From contig JBHGNT010000497.1 in NCBI GenBank assembly GCA_043228905.1, positions 1-22,761 of the forward strand: DNA of 22,761 nucleotides, written 5' to 3'. The notes below the pieces were generated by a model. It ran no database searches and had not been told where the DNA came from. It saw nothing but the letters and a program-made list of their open reading frames with translations. Source of the stretch: Azolla caroliniana. Lineage: Eukaryota; Plantae; Polypodiophyta. Positions within the stretch are counted from its first letter, which is position 1. Every line of letters begins with the position of its first letter. A program made the translations under genes and the position numbers. Of this stretch, positions 1 through 8,079 are shown piece by piece.

Positions 1-2094
1 ACAATGGCCCCTATACATAAAGGAGGGGACCCAATGGACCCAAATACATATAGGACCATTATGATAGATCATTCGCTCGCTAAACTATATGGTGCAGTAA
101 TGGAAGCGGAGCTCAACGATTATATGGAAACATTAAGTCTTCGAGCACCTGAGCAGGTTGGCTTTAGACGAGCATTGTCCGTTGTTGACCATATCTTCAC
201 ACTTAAGTGCTTAATTGACCAGACCAAGGCTTGTAAGAAGAAACTATATTGTTGTTTTGTGGACTTTCGCAAAGCCTTTGACACAGTTCCTAGGGAGAGG
301 TTTTTTGATAGACTTAAGAGCTTGGAGATACCAAATGACATGATATGGGCCATTTTATGCCCTATATGAGCAAGTCTCTAGGTGCGTAAGATGCCCAAGT
401 GGCCTATATGATTGTTTCACTAGCACCATTGGTGTGAAACAAGGTTGCCCCCTATCACCGACTCTTTTTGGGATCTACATTGATGAGATCACGGAATTTA
501 TTGCTCATAAGGGAGGCAAGGGAGTAGTTATTGGGGATACGCAAGTTAGCCTCTTACTTTACGCTTACGACATTGTCCTCCTCTCAGAGTCAGAACACGA
601 CCTACAAAAGCATCTTAATGCCCTGGATGACTTTTGTACACAACAAGAACTGGTAGTGAATCTAGCGAAAACTAAAGTCCTTATCTTTCATACATCGTCC
701 CAAGTTAGGACTAAATGTCACCTAACCCTCTCTCATAAACTAGTTGAGGTAGTTGGATCATATGTATACTTGGGAGTCACTTTTAGTGCTCGCTGAGGTA
801 AATTCTCAATGACCTAGGCAGCCAAAGATAGGCTAACGAGAGGGTATGCATCCCTCTCACTCTTAGAGAGACAATGCCACCATGCATACTTTCAAGAGCC
901 GTGGACCAAGGAATGGCTCTTCGACTCATTAGTGACCCCTTGCCTCATGTATGCATTAGTAGTATGGGCTCCGGGTCTACCATCTTTCATGTGGACGCAA
1001 TTAGAGAGACCTTTGGTGACGATGTTATCACGTCAACTTCGAAGCAAATCGACAATATCACATGACATTATTAGAGCAAAGTTCAGTCTACCCCTAATGT
1101 TAGTAGAAGTACTCTTTCAAGGGGTAGTTTTTATTCATCGGATACATAGCCAACCACGAGATAGGGTATCCCGTCGAGCCTTTGAGGCATCCCGATCCTT
1201 ACATGCGTATGGAGACACTAGCTCTTGGTATAGCACTGTGGTGAGTTGGTTACTTGCAAACGGCATAGATATTAATAACCTACCCCCCCTTAAGTACAAC
1301 CATGGGACTGATCAAACTCTCTCTCATGAAGATAGTAATAAAGTGGTACGCCAAGAAATATGGCAAATTTACACTCGATATAAATGGATCACCCCACAAT
1401 AGCCACTCCCATCTAAAATGTTGTACTACAAGGAACACTTCTTGCACTTCTGTAAGTTAGGTTTTATTACACGACCAAGATATCTAGATACATTCTTATC
1501 AAATGCACTAAGGGTGGCCATTGGACAACTTAGGATATCATCTCACCAACTTGAGATTGAGAATGGTCGGGCTAATAGAGTCTGTAGAGAGGAAAGGCTA
1601 TGTAGGTTATGCCACATAGAGATAGAGGATGAGCATCACTTCACATGCAAGTGCCCAATTTATGCAGAGATACGATCGGAATACCAAGACATATTAGGAC
1701 CCTCTCCAAACTATTAGATACCCCGAGTGTAAAGAGACTAGGCAGGTATATTTTAGAGCTAAAACAACATAGGGAGAATAAATTACAAAGTGTTAACCAT
1801 AACCCTTTTACTATTCATCAACATGTAACTAGTGTAAATTTTCAGGAACAAGGGGAGATGATGTATGTGGATACACTTATGTCGCTCGGCCTCTCTCTTG
1901 AGGAAGCATAAATGCAAAGAACAACTAAATGCCCTCGGATGTTGGGCTTCAAAACAAGTTGACGTGGAGTAGAAAAGATTAAGAAGATAAGGGAACGTGA
2001 GCTATGTCGACTAGAAGCTATGGTTGGGGTACCTTTGACATCACGGGCCACATCCACATCGCAACCCTTTGACGTCCCACTTCTCTTCAAGTGA
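1..2094 (+). pseudogene. Disrupted reverse transcriptase ORF of the LINE
   Basis: +1 T in the run at 353-356 (removing it restores AIYALYEQV). YADD->YAYD at 560-571. In-frame stops at 794 (TGA), 815 (TAG), 1400 (TAG), 1909 (TAA) and 1960 (TGA). A second frameshift lies near 1700. C-x2-C-x8-H-x4-C finger at 1601-1654. Confidence 0.9.
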
Positions 2095-2333
2095 GTTGGA
2101 TGGAAATGAAATTAGGCCTAGTATAACATTTTCATTGTAGAACATGATTTTTATATAGAACATGTTTGTTATTTTACTAAAACTATTTAGCTTAAACTCT
2201 ATTTTATCTTATTTTTATTTATTTATTACTCTCGATTAATGGGTAAATATCCCATTTTTTGTTGTAAACCATTTGTCTCATGGGCCAATTTTGGCCTTAG
2301 AAGACGTTAATATATCTTTCTACCTCAAAAAAA
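1..2333 (+). mobile_element. Decayed non-LTR retrotransposon (LINE), RTE-X-like; 3' portion, cut by the window edge
   Basis: Joined frames give LINE RT motifs PIHKGGD..YRTI, EQVGFR, VDHIFTL, CFVDFRKAFDTV, GVKQGCPLSPTLF, LLYAYDIVLL and YVYLG, then LRISSHQLEIENGR and a CCHC finger. An AT-rich 3'UTR follows, with a hairpin at 2283-2296 and a short A run at 2327-2333. The 3' boundary is approximate and the clade call is motif-based inference. Confidence 0.9.
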
Positions 2334-3088
2334 TGTTGGCCTTATGAAAACAAGTTTTCAAAGACCGAATGATCGAAATGGAGCAAATTTGAAATTTGAA
2401 ATTTTGTAGCCACGTTATCATACATGAGAAAAACTCAAAGAGGATTCCAAGACTTGGTGGATATGTTGGATATTTAAGAGTTGATGGCTTTGCACAATTT
2501 GGGGGAGCCTAACTAAGATAAGATTGAGATATTAGGACTAAGGTTCGTTTTAGAACGTTGGCATTCAAGGCTTTATTAGAAATGCCTCGAAGGATTTCAA
2601 CTAGTGACAAGCACGGTGGGACTACATGAATAGTGCAAAACACGTGGTCACATGGATCCCACGTCATTAACCAAGTGTAGCCCACCCAACACACTAAAAC
2701 AATATTTAGAACTAACTTTGGTTTGTAGACCAAAAAGGAAAGGAAAAAACAATGACTTTATAAGGGCATCTAGCTTGCTTGCAAAAAAAGGGGGATGTAC
2801 CACAAAATGGTCAAGGGACTAGGTAGGCCGCAACTTTGAAATGTTCTTTGAGAATCACAAAGAAGAGAATAAACAGAAGCATTTGGAACTTAGAGTGGAT
2901 ATGTTGGGAGTAAACGATGGAGCGTTTCAAAACCTATTCATTAGTTGAGAAATGAAGCAATAGATGATTTCAACTAAAGGGTTCACCTTAATAATTTTTG
3001 AATTGTCTAATTTTAGCGATATTATCAATCTCTCTACCATTCATGTAAATCTCTTACAATTCTACATCACCCCCGTTTGTTGAACTTG

Positions 3089-3357
3089 TAGAGCCACATT
3101 AAATACATATGGAATGGTGACAATTGTAATAATAGATTCTCGCTAAGTATATTAGATTTATATGAATTGTTTATTCTGAAATATCTCTCTTAACACCATC
3201 TATGCATCAAAATACTTCGTATATAGAGCCACATTAAATACATATGGATGGTCACAATTGTAATAATAGATTCTCACTAAGTATATTAGATTTATATGAA
3301 TTATTTATTCTAAAATCTCTCCCTTAACACCATCTATGCACCGAAATGCTTCGTATA
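3089..3357. repeat. Tandem duplication, 2 x ~135 bp
   Basis: Copies at 3089-3223 and 3224-3357 both read tagagccacattaaatacatatgg...cttcgtata, with about 10 differences by eye. Confidence 0.95.
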
Positions 3358-4816
3358 TAAAAACTATTTTTATTTGAATAGAAAGTATCTTCTACATAAG
3401 AAATGATATATCTTTATTGAATATGCTATTGTTGACAAAGAGAGACTCAAATCATCAAGAGAAAACAATGTGATTCTATTTAACTATTATGAGGGACATG
3501 CCAACATGGCATGAGATATGAGTCATCACCCTTTGATACAACAATTTACCTTTGAGAAAGTGTATTGGACTAAAACAAAGAGAAAATTAAAACATGACAC
3601 TAACTTATGAGCATGAATACAATGTAAAGTCATAATCTTAGTGTTAAAGACTCAAACATTTAGATTTGCGGCATCTTTGGATGTGTTATGAATGATGACT
3701 ATCGAAATTAATTAGCCACAAGGTCAAACTTCTCGTGTAAATAATTTCCTTCCAACCCAACTCCATATGAACTCTTTGGTTTGATTAGACAACCAAGAGC
3801 AACATATCTCCCAATAACAAATTTAGTATAAAGGAGTTTTTTGTGTACTCTCATTATTGACTATCAAAATTAATTGCCATACATGAAATACTATATTTTG
3901 ACAAGACATAACTTGTAAATTCATACACTAACAAAGAAGGATTTGAAAGGGAGAGAGGGATTTATTTATTTATTGATATCTCACAGATATGTAGGATAAG
4001 AGGAAAGTTGATTTGGCAATTTTTACAGTTATGTTGTATGGGAACTTTATCCCCAAATGAGTTACATTTGTGTCACTTTGTATTACGGCACCTTAGAAGG
4101 TTGCCCTTGCCACATCGCTACCTTTGACGTAGTTTTGATAGCAAGGCTTTTTTGTATTATCATGTTGTTTTAATATAAACATACATTTACAAGAAAAAAA
4201 AAGATTACATTTTTGAGAAATTTGAGATATAAGATTTTGAAACAAGAAGGGTAGTTTGAGAAATGTGTGAGTTTGCAATTCTCAGGTATGGAACCAAAAG
4301 TGAAATATTATCATATAATACGTGTCAAGTTGAATACTAACTCTTGATGTTCGAAAGGAATCAAAATGACAATGTGTGAAAACAAACGCAATCAACGAGT
4401 CTCCTCACATGCGTCTCCACATCTCATTTCACTCAAAGAATTGGAAGCATGCGTTCACTTAGTGCTTCAAGTGATCTTCCATAGATCTCTGAAAGAAGCT
4501 CACGATGCACCATATCACAAAAGCATACTCGAAGTCAACGAGGCGAAGCAGCAAAATACAGGCAAGCCATTTACGTTTTTCAAGCAACTGCTTTTTCCTA
4601 TGGGCATGTCAGCAAGAAGAGGGTGAAAATGGTCCTATGGTGTGGATGTTTCAAAAACATGGGTAGGGGTAGTTGAGTAAACTTTCGTGTTATTTTTATT
4701 GCGGAACCCTCTAAGCCAAACCCATGACAAAACGCATAATGGTCTTCTGAGAGCTCAGCTCTCTGTGTATGTTTTCTTCAATAGCGCACGCACTATTGAA
4801 AAACGAGAGGGAGGAC

Positions 4817-4888
4817 ATATATACATATATGATATACTGTTATACATATACATACATATATGTACATACGTACATAATATGTATATAT
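4817..4888. promoter_or_regulatory. TA/CA-rich alternating tract just upstream of the putative PP2A-A first exon (likely core promoter region)
   Basis: Near-alternating purine-pyrimidine tract followed by an abrupt switch to GC-richer, CpG-containing sequence at ~4890. The promoter role is inferred from position only. Confidence 0.35.
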
Positions 4889-4954
4889 TGTGAAGCAGAC
4901 ACACGAGGCAGGCGAGGCGAGGGTAGTTCGGGAATTTCGTGAAAGTTTTGGAAG

Positions 4955-4981
<27 letters not shown>
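4955..4981 (+). repeat. (GA)n microsatellite
   Basis: About 13 uninterrupted GA units read directly. Confidence 0.95.
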
Positions 4982-4985
<4 letters not shown>

Positions 4986-5060
4986 AATTCCCAACTCTGT
5001 TGAATCGAGGCCTGCATCCATCGTTCCACTTCTCTGTGTGTTTCAGAGACAGAAAAACAA

Positions 5061-5084
5061 CAGACAGACAGACAGACAGACAGA
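5061..5084 (+). repeat. (CAGA)6 microsatellite
   Basis: cagacagacagacagacagacaga read directly. Confidence 0.95.
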
Positions 5085-6154
5085 GCGAGGTCGCGAAGCT
5101 TCGTCTAGCAGATCAGGTATGTTCGTCTTCTTTCCGTCTCCGTTTCTCTGCTACCCCGTGGATTCTCGCTTCTTCCCACACACCTAAAACTTCCATCCAT
5201 CCATCCGTCTTCTTATTTTTTCCCCTCCCGCTCCCCTTGTCTTCGTGGAAATTGTCATATCCTCGACGAAGAGAGACATGGGACTTTTTGAAATTCTCGA
5301 GGATATAGGTCATTCTTTAACGCGTGTAGGCAAGCTCATGTTGAAACGAGCAGAAGTGCGTATAGCGATGTTTTATAAAGATCCTCTTTTTCCTTAAGGG
5401 ATCTGTAGCTACTGTCCGGATGTGGAATAGAAACTATTTGTTATCTCTATGATATCTGAGAGTATGTATGGTTCTATCTATTTTCATAGATTTATGTATC
5501 AGCTAGCAGCTCATCAGCTAGGTCGATACTGCTTGAAAGGAGTTTTTCTCCTGTTGTTTTCAGTCTGTGGGAACAGAAATTCTTGATTATCTCTATGCCG
5601 TTTGGAAAGGCACGAGTTTTCTTCATTAGACGTAATTTCTGTGGTTTATGTAAGGATCTATGGATCAGCTAGTAGCTTATTTAGGTATTGAAAAAATGCA
5701 AAATTTTCATAAAAGGACACCTCAGTTTGATCAACTCAAGAAAACCCCCAAAAAACACTTCATATCCTGGCTTGATTATTATTATGTTTTCATTCTATGA
5801 ATGCATATAGGCTGTTTCCAAAGCCTTATTTATCCCCTCAAGAACGTCAGTTATTTTCATTTGCATACCATGGGAATGGAAGTGATCTACATTTTTATGA
5901 TTGTTGTAAGACTAGATAATACTATCTGTCAATGCATCAGCTCCTTCTACATCAATTTATTGAGAAGTGCCCTCTCCAGTACAGGGGACTCATAGAAGAT
6001 AACTGAAGGAAAACAATCTTTAAGACAATTTACATTGGGTAACTGAAGGAAAAACATCCCGGGCAATCGAAGACCTTGATAATAGGAACCAGGGTGAGTG
6101 GTGTCCTTAGGTATGGGATTATTTTAACATGGTGAACAATTGTGCAAGAGTGTT

Positions 6155-6682
6155 TGTTGCTGCTCCTGAGCAACACGGGCTCGGATACTCACTGCCTAGG
6201 TATCCTGATCAAGGTATTGTGGTTGAAGGATGGGAAATACTGACTGGTCACACTTGGCAGTGCAATGCTACACACAGATGTATAAAGGTACCTCCACACA
6301 GAACTATACCTGATCGGACTATAGTATGCGCTTGAACACAAGATCTGAGCCGGCTACACTGATTGGTTAATTACAGTACACAGTTTTAAAAGAGTCTCTC
6401 AGAACCCAGAGACCAAGTATAAGCAAACAGAGATTCTATTAGAAGACTGACTCAATACAACCGGTAACCATTTTACAAGACTACATGTCTCTTTTTATAG
6501 GGAGCTTGGCCAGTTACGTCAAGAACATAAAACCGTTACTATTCCATCTAATCATTTACATAAGTTACATAAGCTCCCCTTGTGTCAGCCACCTGTCCGG
6601 CCCCACCCGTATTGGTTTCGACCTGCGCTTGTCCGTATGGCCTGGCCCTTTTTCACACCTTGGCTGTCCGGACCGGCCAACA
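6155..6682 (-). mobile_element. Solo LTR of an LTR retrotransposon, 528 bp, in the 5'UTR intron
   Basis: Termini TGTTG (6155-6159) and CAACA (6678-6682) are inverted repeats. A perfect 5-bp direct repeat GTGTT lies at 6150-6154 and 6683-6687. TATAAAAA on the - strand (6499-6492) suggests the orientation. No internal coding region, PBS or PPT. Confidence 0.85.
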
Positions 6683-6888
6683 GTGTTAGGACCAGAATCT
6701 GCAGCTTTTATAATAACCAAATGAACATGACTAATTAACACAAATTCATGCAAGAATATTAGTAACAAACTTCTCTAATAAACTAATAATCCAATGAACG
6801 TCAGTAATGAACACAAATTTAATGCTAGAGTGTTGGGATGGAACTCTCTTAATCAATTAATTAACCCAATGAATCAGATAACAAATTT
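6683..6888. repeat. Degenerate ~75-bp tandem array (about 3 units), interrupted on its left by the solo LTR
   Basis: cca(a)atgaa...acaaatt recurs at ~6717, ~6791 and ~6866. tgc(a/t)aga(g/a)t(g/a)tt recurs at ~6143, ~6749 and ~6823. Confidence 0.6.
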
Positions 6889-7148
6889 CCTCCATGTCAA
6901 TGTTAATAAGATGTCTTGATTCTATCTGTAGATTGCAAAGTATGAGATTAAGAATCCCTTTCCTTATATGTTTTCAATGGATGTATTTCTGTTCAATCTG
7001 TAATGACCCCCTATATGATAGGTAGCCATTCTTACGGTAGGCAAACCATAATGTACTTTCTTTGTTGTATATGTTGACACCCTTCTTCTGCTTTTTTGCT
7101 TGTGCTACATTTGGTTCAAATTTTGATGTGCACATTTCCTTTTTGCAG

Positions 7149-7211
7149 ATTGTAGCATAAATTTACTGTAGATTATTTAAGTAAACTGAGGAAGGCAGTG
7201 TGAACGTTTCA
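7149..7211 (+). other. PP2AA: Putative 63-nt non-coding 5'UTR exon of PP2A-A
   Basis: Acceptor cctttttgcag| ends at 7148 and donor CA|GTAAGT starts at 7212. The next acceptor, tttcag|, ends at 7295, 8 nt before the ATG. Confidence 0.65.
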
Positions 7212-7303
7212 GTAAGTATTCCTTTTCTCATTGCACTGAAGTCCAGTTTTTAGTAATGATTTCTTCGTCACAATAATTAACTCCATTGATTTCAGGGAAG
7301 TAA

Positions 7304-7696
7304 ATGGCCATGGTCGACGAACCGTTGTATCCAATAGCAATTCTTATTGATGAATTGAAGAATGATGACATTCAATTGCGACTTAATTCTATACGACGTT
7401 TATCCACCATTGCCCGAGCTCTTGGAGAGGAGAGGACAAGAAAAGAGTTGATTCCCTTTCTAAATGAAAATAATGATGATGATGATGAAGTTCTACTGGC
7501 TATGGCTGAAGAGCTAGGTGCATTTATTCCTTATGTTGGTGGTGTAGAGTATGCACATGTCCTGTTATCTCCTCTCGAAACACTTTGCACTGTAGAAGAA
7601 ACAGTTGTTAGAGACAAGGCTGTGGAATCTCTATGCCGGATTGGATCTCAAATGAAAGAGGGAGATTTAGCTGAATGGTTTGTTCCACTGGTGAAG
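7304..7696 (+). CDS. PP2AA: PP2A-A coding exon 1
   Basis: [10 protein letters not shown]...WFVPLVK; donor AAG|GTAGAT; 393 nt. Confidence 0.97.
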
Positions 7697-8047
7697 GTAG
7701 ATATTGATCTCTCCAGTTTTAATGAGAAAAGCTTCAAAATGCCCTGAGTTTTCTTTATTCTCTGCCCTTGACTGTGTATTGTTTCGCCACATACCATCTA
7801 GAGGCCTTTTCCTAATGAAATACTCAAGGTTTTCCTAACCTTTTCCGTTCTAATTGAATTTTGTGATGTTCTCTCTCACATTGCATTTAGCAAATAAAAT
7901 GATATATATATATATATATATAGTGAAAAATGCATTTATCTGGAAAATATAGGGAAAATAATGAAATACTCAAGGTTTTCCTAACCTTTTCCGTTCTAAT
8001 TGAGTTTTGTGATGTTCTCTCTCACTTTGCATTTAGCAAATAAAATG

Positions 8048-8079
<32 letters not shown>

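Larger units (their letters stand above)
4890..5116 (+). other. PP2AA: Putative non-coding first exon (5'UTR) of the PP2A-A gene
   Basis: CpG-retaining, ATG-free segment with GA and CAGA repeats. It ends at a strong donor CAG|GTATGT (GT at 5117) followed by a pyrimidine-rich intron start. The start position is approximate. Confidence 0.6.

Noticed and set aside
3696-3881. Short repeat tgactatc.aaattaatt at ~3696 and ~3858, and a possible Gypsy integrase remnant on the - strand between them
   Set aside because: Too short and degenerate. The protein resemblance needs frameshifts and is not convincing.
2054-4130. ~21-nt similarity between ccacatcgcaaccctttgacgt (2054-2075) and ccacatcgctacctttgacgt (4110-4130)
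   Set aside because: The match has a mismatch and an indel and does not extend into the flanks, so it cannot be distinguished from chance.
4687-5313. Cluster of overlapping short ORFs on both strands
   Set aside because: They are produced by GA, CAGA and TA repeats (ERERER, SLSLSL, TDRQTDRQ) in the promoter/5'UTR region.
6129-6768. ORFs 6129-6335, 6485-6724 and 6565-6768
   Set aside because: They lie in or straddle the solo LTR and show no recognisable protein motifs.
7697-7747. ORF-track extensions of PP2A-A and CFAP58 exons (e.g. [16 protein letters not shown])
   Set aside because: These are read-through into introns past clear GT donors; homology resumes in the next exon.
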